A DNA stretch of 64,000 nt from assembly GCF_002571385.2 (NCBI RefSeq), contig NW_019217852.1, positions 117,071 through 181,070 on the forward strand. The letters are read 5' to 3'. Source of the stretch: Stylophora pistillata (lineage: Eukaryota). Shown here piece after piece: positions 26,623 to 40,782 of this stretch. A program made the position numbers and the translations under genes. The stretch's first letter is position 1. Each line of letters opens with the position of its first letter. Under the pieces are notes generated by a model. That model was not told where the DNA came from. It did not search any database and saw only the letters and a program-made list of their open reading frames with translations.

Positions 26623-29600
26623 ATGTCTGCTCCTCAAATAGTGAAGCAGGTTTGTGAGCAACTCATCGTTTATTATGTCTGTACGGAGAATCATGACTAA
26701 AAAAATCCCTTTTGTTTTTCTTTTGTGACAGATTTTATGTCTGGCCCTTTGTTTGGATATGGTACGAGAGCAAAAGTCCTTACTCTGCGAATGTGAGTTT
26801 TTCATTCTGAGATGATTTTTCGGCAATTGTTTTGATTTGTACAATTTTGTTAACCTGAACTGGTAACAAAATATCCTTTGGCTAACATAAATTCAAAAAT
26901 GTACGGTTTAGTCGGAGGGTTGCATGCTGCAAGAACTGCGATATGTTACCTTTTTTAAGCCGGATTGCTGATGAAATGAAATGAAGATTCTTTCTGAGCT
27001 CGGAAAAAAGAAGTTCTTCCTTCACATATACCCAATGTGTATGGTTAGAGGGCTTTCGCGCGCTGCAGGAACCTGTATTATTGCGATATTTCGATGTTGT
27101 GAAGCCAAACTGAATCTCAAATTGATACAACTTACAGTGAATTATACAATTATTCTGAAAGGCTAGGAAGGCATAAAAATAAATACTTTTTTGGTTGTTT
27201 TTTCCTCCTTCTTTGAGGTTTTATAACGTCTTGTTAGCCCATGTATATGTTATTTTGAGAATTTTCAAAACATCGGGTAAAGAATCGCAGCATCGAGACC
27301 TAGGTTGAGGCTAGTTTTTTTAATTAGAAATCGTCTAATGAAGGTAATGTTGGAAAGAACCTCGCGAAAACAGATGTACGAATTTCTTTGTAAGGGAAAA
27401 TAAATATTATAAGTTGGATAAACAAAAATCGTTCGAACAGTTTTTGTTTGAAAAATAAAAGGCCGATCTTAGATTAAAAAGTGAAAATGAAGTTTAAATA
27501 TAGAATGCGTATTTATCAGTATGATTACAATTTCTTTGCGAGAAAACGAAATCGTGATAAAACTATGGTGATATCATTAATTCATCACAAAATAATAGGC
27601 CATCTAGTGTTCTTTGAAGCTGTGAATTAAGACACAAGCTATTGAAAAGAATATATTGTTTACTTCCAAGGCACCTCGGGATATAAACGATTTCGAATGA
27701 GTACACTCTTCATTTTAATCGTTTGGTACCTGTTTTAGGCGTAATTTGCATGTCAAACAGTCATTTTCTGTTTCTGTGCAAAAAACCACGAAAACCGCAA
27801 TTTGAATCTGGCTCTTTCGAATACATATATAGAATACCATGTAAAGATTCAACCTCAAATTGGGGAAAAGAAAGAAACAATTTTGACTATCAAACCTAGT
27901 TTTTGTTGTAAAGTACATGAATCAAATTATAAAGTCAAATTTCGGAGAAAAAAAAATCAGTGAGTTTGTGCGGTTAAGTCAGTGAGAAACCTGCTTTAAA
28001 AGCTGTTTGGCGTTGGGAACCTGTAAATGCTTTGACACTTTCAAATCCTGGCTAACATCAATTAAAAGATTTCTCAAAGGAACCTGAAATAAATTTATCA
28101 AATGGGAAATTGGCAGAAAGTTACAATAAAAGAACATATAGTATTGGTCAATCGTGAATATCGTTTGAATTGTAAGATTGGAAATCATCTAACTCTTTTA
28201 TTGGTGATTTATATGATATATTTCCACATCTAAGTCTTTATCAGTTTATATTTTAGGTTGAAAATTAATTCTGAGTAGGGAGGAGGCCTGACTATTAACA
28301 ACAGGCCATACAGCAATAACAAGTCTTAGCTACAAAGCAACTCTTAAAGGAACGTCAATTCAGTTAACCCCAAACCCGTTTTAAGGGTCATAAGCCTGTA
28401 GATGACACTAGCCCTGGCGTTGACTCTACACAAAAATCAAGTCGGATACAAAAAAAAAAGAAAATAAGAGTAATTTAACAGTTTAAGCACAACGCACATT
28501 TATATCTGTTACGGTTGTTTTCCAAAAGAAACACATCATACATTTTCTGCCTGAGCATTTTTATTCTCGTGGTTTTGCTTTCTCTTTTCTCAGTTTAATC
28601 TATATTTTGTATATACTATATTTAATTTGTTTTGTTTGGATCGTTTGAGTAGTTTCAACATTGAATTTATTATTCGCGTATATGCCAAGCCATCATCATC
28701 GGATTAATCCTTTTCTCTGATTTTACATCGCTGTAAATTTCTTTATATTTGCATTCCTTGGCAACTTTTAATTGGTTTTGGTTTCTTAGCAACCAAATCG
28801 TGCTTGTATCACCCTCGATAAATTGGCGCCTTGAGGCAATTGACGGTTATTTTAGGAAACAAAAATTATATCGTATGTTCATTTATTAGACTCAGAATAG
28901 TCCATTTAACAGTTGCTTGCTTGGTTGCCAAGCCTTTGAACAGGGGTGAGGCTAAAGGTGACATTTTTATGATACAAGCGTTGCTGCTTTTCAAATGCAA
29001 ATTACTTTGTTATCGTGCTAACTAGATACTGGTCTCTATCACAACAAGGTCACCTTCAGCCTCACTCCAAATCAAAGGCTTGGCCACTAAGCACACAACT
29101 GTAAAATGGTCTATCACAATAATGTTGTATAAAATATTAAGAAGACCTTCTATTTTATTCAGACAAAGCTGCACCACCATCAAGCCTCAATGACTCTCTC
29201 GCAAAGTTTCTCCCTTCTCCTTCCTATCGTCCATCTGGTTACCACAAAATATCTTTTCAGCAGTTGTCTGTCAAGGAGTGTGCGCAGTTATGCCTTCAAG
29301 TGGCTGGAGAAAATATTTACAACTGTAGTTCCTTTGAACACATAACAGCTACACGTGATTGTCTTTTGACGGAGCTCTCGTGTAAAGATCATGAACTATT
29401 GCTCGATAACTCAAGATCTTTTTATCAACTGAAAGGTAGTTTTTGTTTTTTGCTAAGTGGTACAGTTGAAGGAAACAAATTATCAGAAAAAGGTTAAACA
29501 GTCATCCCTCAGAATTTCCACAAAATGAGTGCCAAATGACCCTTCTCGGATTCCAAAGGGCAGTTCTTACTTAACGCGGGTTAATAAGTTATACTTGCTG

Positions 29601-32600
29601 TGAAACGTTTGTTGAACAATTCTAACGAGTGTTCAAAGAAAAATCTGATTCTCGTCATACCCCCAACCTTAGCCCAAAGTTCCAATTCTGTCAATGATTT
29701 GGTATAGCAGTCGGTCCCTAGTTTTTGTTAAAAAAAAAAAAAGGGAATTTAGGTAACAAATCGCTTCCAAAAAAACCGAAAATCTCATCTGAAGAGGGAG
29801 GGGGAAGGAAGAAGGTCCAAAAAGATTTTGTCAATTTAAAAGGAATTCACTTCTCTCGGTCTATTAGTATTGTGATCGTCCGATCCCAGTGGTTAACAGC
29901 ATCTAATTTGCATATTTCTTAGGCCCAAATAGAACGACGCCCTGTGCAGCTGTTTCTTCCTCGACTTCTTTGTCTACAAGCTTCATTCGACCATCCACAG
30001 TGTCTCAAATCGCGTCTTTTACTAGCACAATCGCAACTTCTCAGGATACACCAAGATTAAAGAGCGGTATGTTTATTTTTCCGGCACAATATACTGATAG
30101 CTTCTAGGGCTGCTAGTGGGATTATAGACCAACCTTTTCGTTCACTCTTGCTTCAGTTCAACAAGTCTACTACCACAGTCATTTCATGTTTACGAAACAC
30201 AACAAATCTTTGCTTTATTATACAAAGCACCACGACATGAACGTGATAATAAAACTTGTGTCAAAATTTAAAAAGTGCACGAATTGTATCGTCATCGTGG
30301 ACTTTCCTTTCCCAAAGAGTGGAGTAAAAATTCATTCCAGTTCTAAAATCTGTCCACAATTGACGCAAGCAAAAAGAAGGTTGTTTTACAAATTCCTTCA
30401 AACTAGAGAAGATCGTCTTCCCCTGAAATATTTATGGGTTGTACTATCAATAATAAAGGGTGAAAGTTTCTAAAGAGACTGTCGCGCTGCGTCGGTGGGG
30501 GTAACAAGGTAATTTGGTTATATCAACTAGGTTGAAATAGTAAATTAGCCACCGTAAAGAGTTAAAAAGCTGACGTTTCGAGCGTTAGACCTTCGTCAGT
30601 ATTCGCTCAGATGAAGGGCTAACGCTCGAAACGTCAGCTTTTTAACTCGTTACGGTGGCCAATTCACTATTCCAACCTAGTTGATATAACCAAATTACCT
30701 ATCAATAATAATCCTGTCATTTTTTCAAAGTATTTTTAAGCAAAGAAAAATATTATTTGTAACACTAACAACGAAACTGAATTCCAGAAAGTAATAACCT
30801 AACGTTTCAAGTAAAGCTGCGACTGGAAAACGAGTCTTGGAGACTTTCTTATGAAAACAAAAGCAGTGGTATGTCCTTGAACATGTCGTCTGCCTTAGAG
30901 GAAAACGTAAGTCATTTCGTACACATGTTCTGAATCAGTAAGCTGGCTAGAAATGCTCAAGTGCACATGTAGATAAGTGTTCGACTTGATCAGACTAGCA
31001 TAATCTGCATAATCTGTTTAACGTGACTCGTACAATCTGTTTAATCTGTATAATCTGGTTTGACTCAAAAAAAGAGAAAACAATATTTGAATATAGAAAA
31101 CTGAACGAAACAAAACGGAACGAAATACTACTTACGAGATTCGTAAGTTTAATAGAAACGCGATTAAACGAAACGTAAAACAACTCACTTGCGAGTACAT
31201 TGTCTAAACCATAATATGCATATCTAACCCAGCTCCACGCGGACAGGACAAAAGAAACTAAACAAGGCGCATCATGATAAACAGTACAAATAAACTGCAA
31301 AATGTCTGGAACTGTCCGAATGATAAAGATTGAGTGATTTACTATTGATTTAAATTAAATGTGTTGATGCACACTGTTCCCATTAACGAACGATAAGTGT
31401 AAGGGTCTTAACAGTCAGATCAAACTGAGCTAGCTTTAGCGCTAAGTTCTTGCTTCTTATCTCGCCTCTACGAGTATCGCTACAATTTGAAAGATTTTGC
31501 AATCTTAAAATATGTGCGAAACTACATTCATAACTAAAATATTTGCATCGTTATACTTTTATTTTCCATTATCTTTCTTGCATGACAGATCTTCCTAGTT
31601 ATAGGTAATGCTTCTTCACTTCTGCAAGTATCAGTACTTCAACTAAGGTAGATGTCAAATGAATATAAAATATGAAACCTTGATGAAACAAATGTTTCTA
31701 CTTGCCTGAACGTATTCATAAGTATTTGTTTTTTTGGTTTTTTTTTTTTCCCCAAATTTGGGTAAACGTAGCATTTCTTTGTACTCATCATAACTTTCAT
31801 AAATAGAATAAGAAAGATGACAAGTTTTGGGCTTGGTAAAGAAATAGAGAAAGATGTCTTCGTCTTGTCTTGTCGAACCTCAGATCTTTGAATTCCGCGC
31901 TCCGATGCTCTACCATTGAGCCACAGAATCTCTATGGCTAAGTATGTAGTATGTGTACACGATGCTTAAGGCCAGAAACAATAATTAAGATGAGATTTTA
32001 AAATCTTGAATTGAGATAGCACTTAACGCGCATAAATTAGTATCAAAGGCGCCATCAATCGTCCATTTTCCTGCGAAGGCACGTTTAACCGAGTTGAATG
32101 TGTTAGTTCAAAAACAATTGTTGTGTTTTTTGTTTTGGTTCTGAATAGGAATACCAGCGGCTTGGTTATCGCAGATATTCGTCTAACGTTTTCAGGGGAG
32201 TTCCACTTGCGTCATACGAACCAATTTTACAGTTTCCTCTCCAAAAGTGGACGCTTAGGGTCCATGCCAATCAGTGTCATCAATGATACATGTAAGTACT
32301 ACATCGGGAAAGGTCTCAGAAGCCTGTAACAAAGAAAATTTCAACACGTAAAGAGAATCGCTATAACTTTCAATGGGTTTTATGATAATTTTAGAGCACT
32401 GAAGAATGTTAGAAAATATAGAGATTAACGATTACATCAATAATTAATAAGATAATTTCCTACTGTAGTTCCAGGAAAGCCGCCCGAGCAATTAAACGTC
32501 ACCGTACAAGGCCCAACAGCGCTTCATGTGTCATGGTCATCTGAGAGAAAACGACAGGTGATAGAGAACTGGGGCCTAAGAGTCATTTACAAAGCCACTG

Positions 32601-35600
32601 ATAACATTATACGCAGTGTTTTAGTGAAGGAGAGCCAATCAGAAGTTAATATATCAAGATTACAACCTGGTACTACATACACAATTTGGACCGTACGCGT
32701 CACTTCAAAAGGCTTCGGGTTCCCCTCGAAAGCTCTCAATATCACCACTCGGCATCGAGGTGAGGCTAGAAAAAGAGTAGGAACAAAATGGAAAAAAAAT
32801 ATGTGAACCAATTCTCACAGGCGATGGACAGAGAAATAGCTGAGTCTCTGAGAGGCCCAGCCACTACTAAGAAGGCTACAAATGCGGACAGGAAGCCCTC
32901 GAGCTAGCTCGGCCTTACACTAGGTTTACCTGTGATCCCATCAAATAACTTCCTTGTAGGTGTATATTTTACTCTTTTTAACAAATGGTAAACACCACAG
33001 CGTACACTATTGAGTTATGGATGGACGCGGGAGGTTGCTAAGCACGAAAGAAGCGTAAGAGTCGCTCAAGGCGATAGCCGAGAGCGACTCCAGCTTCTTG
33101 AGTGCTTAGCAAACCTCCCAAGTGCATCCATAACTCAATAGTGTACGGTGTGGTGTTTACCATTTGTTTTATAACATAACATTGATACATTGTAGCTGAA
33201 GAGTTCCCTTTTATTTAACAAATCTTACGTGACCAGAAAAAACAAGCGCGCGCGGAAAAATAGTCTTTGCATTTGTTCACGTCAGCAGCGTATACCCATG
33301 GGCAAATGGGGGACGCTAAATTGACCAATCAGAGCGCGCGCTTTACTTTGGTTATGTTATAATATGAGTTTGTGACTCTCAAGATTCAAAGTTGTCAATG
33401 ATGTGGTTATGTCATAAGTTTAGTTTTTCATATATTTGATCATATAATTATTGCACTCAAAGTTCATTCACCGAAACGAATTTGGTCATCATTTGGCGAT
33501 GGTTACGGAAATACTCATCTGGGAATAAGAAATACAATATCTATACACTTGTAAGCACTGAACATCTTCGTTTCCCAGCAGGGGCCTTTATTGAAACAAA
33601 ATGTAACAAGATTAAGAATCCTAATCGGCAGGGGTCCGAAACCAGTTGGCTGTTTACAAAAGTTACCCAGGACCTCCGGGTCGCAAGTCCAACATTCTTA
33701 CTACTCCCTCACATTACTTCCACTTCTTCCCATTTCACTAACTGTTGAAAAAAGATTACTCGGCTAAATATCTTTTTTGTTTTCAGCTCCACAGGATGTC
33801 AGTATACACTTCAAAGTGTTACTAATGAATGTGTCATGGGACACTCAGCTTGGAAACAAGAGTAGCGAAACGTCTATGAATTTGTCGTCGGTTATAGAAA
33901 CCAGCGTAAGTACTAATAACAAAATCCTTGAAAGCTGTGCAATTTTTCTGCCTTACGAAAACGACGTTAAGGAGCCCTGGTCAACGAACACAGGAATTTC
34001 ATATGCTACAGGTACTTTCTTCAGTCGAAAGTACGATTGAAAATCTATCCACTTACTGGATGAAATAGCCGCTGGAAGCTACAAGATTGCACAGAGAAAG
34101 GGCATGTTATACTTGATCAGCGCATTGCTTTAGACTTAACTGCCTCTATTGTTAACCCAAAGACTGCAGTTAGAGTTCCTGGGAAATCAATTCACATCTC
34201 CTGTTATTCTATCCAGAGGCTCCGCTAGTTTATCTAGACGATGAGGAATCAGGAAAACCTGTAATAACCACCACCACGGCGAATACAATGCACCTATGTG
34301 CGTTTTCATTCCATAGTTTTGCAGTGATGGAAAGTAAGAGAGCTTATGACTTCAATAATCCATCACCAGTTTACCATTCCCAGCACGGGCCTTGCAGCCC
34401 TTCACCGACCCAGGCCATCTCACTACTCGTGGGCAGAGAAAGAATCCACATAATTCATCTTTTATTTTTACAGGTCATAGTCTTACATCAAAATGAATCA
34501 TCCTTCAAGAACGTCTCAAGTATACAAATCAGGTACCAAGTATTACAGAATAAGTTTCCAAATGTCATTTCAGCGTAGCAGTGGGCAAAGTGGATAGGCT
34601 ACAAGGGCGTAGCCAGGGGGGTGTCCTGGGGTGCCTGTAACTCCCCCTTGGTAAGCCTTCTTTTGAACAAACAACCTACAATATTCAGGTGGTGAAAAAG
34701 CCATGACAATATCTTGGCCTGCCCACTATACTCTCACTGCTCATCCCAAAACTGTAACAGAAAGTAAAACATGCACGGCGTGGAGGTCGACATAACAATC
34801 TGGTGAGTAGCCTCTGTTACCCCCCCCCCCTCTTTGAAAAATCCTGGCTACGCCCCTGGGCTATTGCAAGATTTAATTCTTAAAGGTTGTAATCAAAACC
34901 TTTTCAGAAAACATGCCTCATGAATCTATCGGGTGTTATCTGGGCGAAAATGACTACAAGGCTCTCAACTATTACGTTTTTCGATAGGTTTTGGAGCCCC
35001 ATGAATTTGCTTTGCTTTATCACCTATTTTCATGAGCTGCATCACACATAATAGCTTACATTACATAGAAGTTTTTCGCAGAAGACCGCAATAGGTGCGA
35101 CTATAGGCAAACCCACTGAGACCTCGGAGGTTTTTTGGGAGGTTTATTAGGAGTTCGTAGTTTTCTTCTTACACATTAGAAACCGCTTAAGAGACGTTTC
35201 ATTTAGCGGACAGTGTAACTTTTCCCTGATCAAAAACTAGAAACTCAATTTGGTGCAAGTAGTTTATACATCCATTTTTTTTTTTTTTTTAGCAGCAACT
35301 ACAGTGGTGAGACTTTGGTCTCCATGGAAGCCCTTTACAATCCAAACACTAAAATGAGAGACCTCTACAACATATATGAGGCTCTCTACATCGAGAAAAG
35401 GCTGCAAAACCTGCAAATAAAAGTGATCGACGACAACAGTACGTATTTAAAACTGAAACTAAAACCTTTTATTTTTTCTCTTCTTTTGTAGGGTCCTATC
35501 TTGATTGATAATATAATGATTTCAATAATTTCAGGCTATTTGCTTGGCTCAAGCAAAAGCCATTAAGTTGCGCTAAACCTACAACATGGGCATATGTTGC

Positions 35601-38600
35601 AGTTCTAAGATCTAGATGCAATTATTTTTCATCAGTAGCATTCCTAAAATGTACCCAAATGCAAATGTTAATACTTGATCACATACTGTAGAGTATGAAA
35701 AAAAGGAGAACTAAATAACACCTTCCTCTGTTTAGTTCCAGGAAAGCCGCCGAGGAATCTAACGTCAATTCCACTGAGTCCTTCCTCTATCAATGTCACA
35801 TGGAACTTTCCTCAATCGAACCACTGTGAGGTTTTCCCTCTTCAAGGATTCCGTACTTTCTATTCTTTACAAAAAAATGTGACTAATATTCAATTCGTGG
35901 ACGTCAAAAGCCCTAAAAATTATATCTTCATACAAAATCTGGAAAATTTTAAATATTACTCGCTTTGGGTACAAACGATAACTTCACGAGGCCTTGGGCC
36001 AAAAAGCACAGTAGTGCTAGCAAGGACGTTAGAAAAAGGTAAGAGTTTAAGAGAGTCATTTATTAATAAGCTCTTCCCCAATATTCCAAGTCATTTTTGT
36101 ATCATAGTAGAAGCCCGATAGGCCAGTTGTGGCCCATTCGTCTCTAATTTAGAGACAGGTCGCATTGAAATTTGCTGCTTTATCTGTTTTGAGTAATTTA
36201 TGATGTCGTCGAATTCTGCTCGATGCTGTTTCTTTAAAGCCCTCTTTGTGAATAGCTCAAATGAAAAGGTGCATTCCAGTGTGAAAATTTAGAGACTTTG
36301 TAAAGGGCTAGTTCAGCTACATGTTAAAAAGGGCTGATGGCTTCTTTGCCTCTTAATCCTATTTTAGTTGTTCCTATCAACGCATCCGTACAGCTGATTA
36401 ATAAGGAATGGACAGATGATTTTTTAAATCTAACATCGAGCTCCTTCATGAATCTAACAAAGCAGTTACAAACTCAGGTAAGTGAGCTTGGTGCGTCTTT
36501 CACGACAAACTCTCTGATGAAGAAAAAATTTACCACCGCTTTCATCTTAGCGACATCTGATCAGCCATCAATTACGTGGTTGTTTCTTTTACAGGTAGCA
36601 GGTCTTTATCCAAACGAAACTCATCTACGAGATATAGTTATTCATCGCTTCAGGTGACTTTGTAAAATTATCTTGCGTAACCATGACTGTAAAACAGTAG
36701 AACCTTTATTCATGGAACATCCTTGAGACTAAAAAATTGCACCTAGATAGATGCTCCTTCAATGCGTCCCTTGAATGTAAGTGCCTTCTGAATAGAGACG
36801 TCCCAAAAGCAGGTCCCATTGCATGTTCTTTCTTTCATTCATTCCCACATTCTTCCATTCATTCATTCATTCATTCAGTCATTCATTGCGTTAGTCATTC
36901 AATAAATCAGTTGTTTTTTTAAAGGATTTGATTTCATTTGCATACGGTTAAAATATAAAGGACTCTCCCTAAACATATAACTAAAAAAGCTGAACTTCCC
37001 CAGTAGCCACTACTTTAAACTGGGACAACAACGACACCAAGATAATATATGAACATTCAAATTTTAAGTCTTTCTCGACTATTCTACGCGCAAGTTGATA
37101 CCAAGCTCTCATCACTTCAGGAACGACAGTGGCAAAGTCATTGCAGATATGGTAATTATCTTTGGTCAACAAGTGGAAATGGAACAGTTTATAACTCTTT
37201 ACCAGGCTCTTTACCGGAATGGCTCTCTTGGCGACTTAACGGTACACCCCACATGGGACAATAGTATGTCTTTGTTTTATTGCATTAAATGATTTGATTA
37301 TGATTGTTTGTTTGTTTATGCATCCAACCATTTTGTACGAAATTTCTTGCTTCTGTCATATATATCCTACTTTTAAATAACAAGAAAGGGTTTCATAACG
37401 TTTTTTTACTTTTAGTCCCCGGAAAACCTCCAGAAAACATCTCAGCACTCGCTTCAAGTACAACTAGCATTCGAGTGAATTGGAACAGGGTCCCAAGTGA
37501 CTCGGATATCATACAATTTAAGGTATATTACGTAACAGCAGACAGTCAAAATGAAACCATTTCAATGATTAACGTCAATGCAACAAAAGACAGCGTGGGG
37601 ATCGGAAACCTGGAAAAGTTTGTCAACTACACCGTTTGGGTGAGGAGTGTTTCAAGAAGGGGTCCTGGTCTCTCCAGCCTTCTGATCTACGTCAGAACAT
37701 TGGAGGAAGGTAACGATAGTCACAATTCTCCAGTTCTTTACTCGACTATAAGACTTTTCCCCACAATTTGCTGTAATGTCGCAATCTGATCGGCCAATTT
37801 GCCGTTGTCGATAAGAGTATAGACAACGCTGCTCGCGTTAATGTGTCACGCAATGGTCACGCACTGAAAGAAAGTTTTATTTGACGTCAATGCTATGGTT
37901 TGGCGGGGTCTGTACTCTTATCGACAGCGATATTCGTCATCATAGTGGTCAGAATTTGTCGCGGACTCACTCGGCCCGAGCCTTTTCAATACTCCGCATA
38001 ATGGAGAGAGTTGATTCAACTCGTTTCTGCTTTTCTTATGAACGAAAAGGCCTTGACACTTCAAATATTTGCCACTATAAAAGAATTTCACGTTTAAATG
38101 AGAATTGTATTCGTATCATGGGTCTTACTGTTCCTCCTTTTTTTTCTCAATTTAGTTGTACCAATCAACTTGACAATTCGTTTCACCAGTATGAAGTGGA
38201 ATGCAAATCTTTCCAATCCAGAGAGTGGAAGCTTCAGAAACTTGTCTCAAACAATAAGAGAAAATGTAAGAAAATTTGCTATGCTGAACTTTTGCTTTTA
38301 AGATTATATCGTCTATAGGTGCTAACTGGTACCATTTAAATAGTACACACAATTCAGTTACGGAATTTTCTATATGAGGGAACTACCCTGCCCTCCACGT
38401 ATGGATACTGTTCCACCTTATATGGTTCGGCCATACAGGTATTAACTGCCAAACAGGAAGTGTTTTCGAGGTCTTTAATCTTACACAGGGAAAGTCTTAG
38501 ATCGAGTGTTAGCATTGACGATGAGCGGGCTGTATGTATGTTATAAACATTTCTTTTTTCAATTTCATTCCAGATATTTTGTCTGAATCGGCTAGACGTG

Positions 38601-40751
38601 ACTGGATGTGATAAAAATACCAAATCATTTTGGCTTAAACAAGTCAGGGTTTTTAACTTACAGTAAATGCAAATACCGTCCAAAACGTCCGGGGGGGAGT
38701 TCTAGCCTCTAAGTTGCATCTAGTAGTATGCAGTTAAAGATCAAGCTTTCTTAGATGTGTTTGCCTTACCATGTAGGCCTAATAACGACTTGAAGGAATT
38801 AAAATCACCCTTTGTAAGTCACAGCCTCTGAACTTTTAATCAATTTCCAATGAAATAAGCTGATGAATTCATACGACGGTTAAGAAAAGGCAAATTGAGG
38901 TTTAAATGAGGGCTCTGTTCACAAATGATGCTTTTCTTCCTCAGATACTTACATTGTATGGCCAGGAGTCGAGCTATCTGCGAGATGTGCGATGTCATCG
39001 ATTTACGTTAGTGGCAAGATATTTCCGAAGTCATTTACGAGAAAGACCAATATAATCTTTTTACAGACTAAGCAAATATGATGCTGGTAAAAATTGTCAT
39101 TAGGGAAAATTTTTAATCGAAGTTCGAACTAATACGGGATTATTCTTTTAGTACTTTTTCACTGTCGGTTTACTTTGAGTTTTCATTGGTTCCTTGAAGT
39201 TATTTTATTTTCCCTTTTGATTCGCCTTTGCTGAAACTTGGTTTTGTGTTCCGACAGTCAGTCAAAATATGCTCCTAATGAATGATAAAATGATAAAATT
39301 ACCGCCCTCTTAGCAATAGTACATTGATACTGACGGTATTTTTTCAGAAATGGAAGTGTTTTGGCAGATATGACTATTGTTTATGGTCAAAATGTTGGAC
39401 CCCAACAGTTTCGCACTATTTACAAAGCACTGTATCAAGATGGAAGACTGGGAAACTTGACCGTCCAACCAGTCAGCGATAATGGTACATAATCTTACAT
39501 TTCACATGAATTCCATCCATATTCACATAAAATATCCGAGATAAAATGACTAAAAATGACAAGAAAATTTTGGCTTCTGGAAATAGGAACTGTATAGGTA
39601 TCAAGAGATATAAATCATGTTTTAGGTGAAGTTGCAAAACGAAAAATGTAATTTGGACTGAATTTGATTTACTATTTTGTTCTTTTTTTCCCTTTCAGTG
39701 CCTGGTAAACCACCAGCCAACATAACTGCCAAATCTAACACGTCCACCAGCATTGAAGTCACGTGGCTATGCGTCGACTGTCAGCAGCACAATTTCACTG
39801 TAGCATTTCTTATTTCCTACAAACATGAGAAGAGTAACCGAACAGTAGGTCGCTCGGTAAACAAGACTGTAAGGAAGCTCTTGATAACTGGGTTGGGCAA
39901 GTACACAAACTACACGGTATACGTGACTAGCATAACGAGCTGGGGACTGGGTCTGCCGGGTGAACGACTATCTATACTAACACAAGAGGATGGTAAGTGT
40001 AGAGGAAACCTGCTGGATAGTGTTAAAGTGACACCCTCGAGACAGTATTAAAGACACTCACAAGACTGTGTTAAAATGATGATATGAAATGTACACCCAA
40101 AAGACTGTTTTAAAAAGAATTGTACGTGACTGTTTTAAGAGGACTCCTACAAGGGTTGTATGAGAGGACACTCCGGCCATAGACTATATCAAGGAAAAAT
40201 CGCCGGTTTGCATGTAATGGACACCTACACGATTATATTTCGGGACACCCGAGGGACTCTCGCTAGTGTCTGCCCGATACATCTTGAGAAAATTGCGCAA
40301 AAGTAGTTTAATTGTTAAGCTCGGCGAACAGAGCGAGTAGTCACCAACCTTTCAAACCCGACAGTTTCAAACAACAATTGCTTAAATGGGTGTTTTGAAA
40401 TTGAAAAATTAATATCAAACTTAGACCGGATCAAATGCGGGTTTCATTTAATTAACGTCTTCCGTTTTGGTGCTCACGTCAGTTTCATAGATAGGTACAT
40501 AATAATTTTCTGCCGGCTGTATCGTCCATATTCAAAGCCATAGAAAGGACAAATGACAGATTATCCATCGGCAAGCCCCAGTTGTTCTTAGGATGGATAA
40601 CACTATCCACTGGATCCTGACGTTTCGAGTGTTAGCCCTTCGCTCTGACGAACGGCTAACGCTCGAAACGTCAGCTTTTTAACTCTTTACAGTGGCAAAT
40701 TTACAATATCAATTAGTTATTACCAAATTACCTTGTTACCCTCACCGACGT

Positions 40752-40782
<31 letters not shown>

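Noticed and set aside
40010-40255. Repeated aagactgtgttaaa/ggacac units resembling a spaced array
   Set aside because: A degenerate intronic minisatellite; no constant repeat with unique spacers, no cas genes, eukaryotic context, so not CRISPR.
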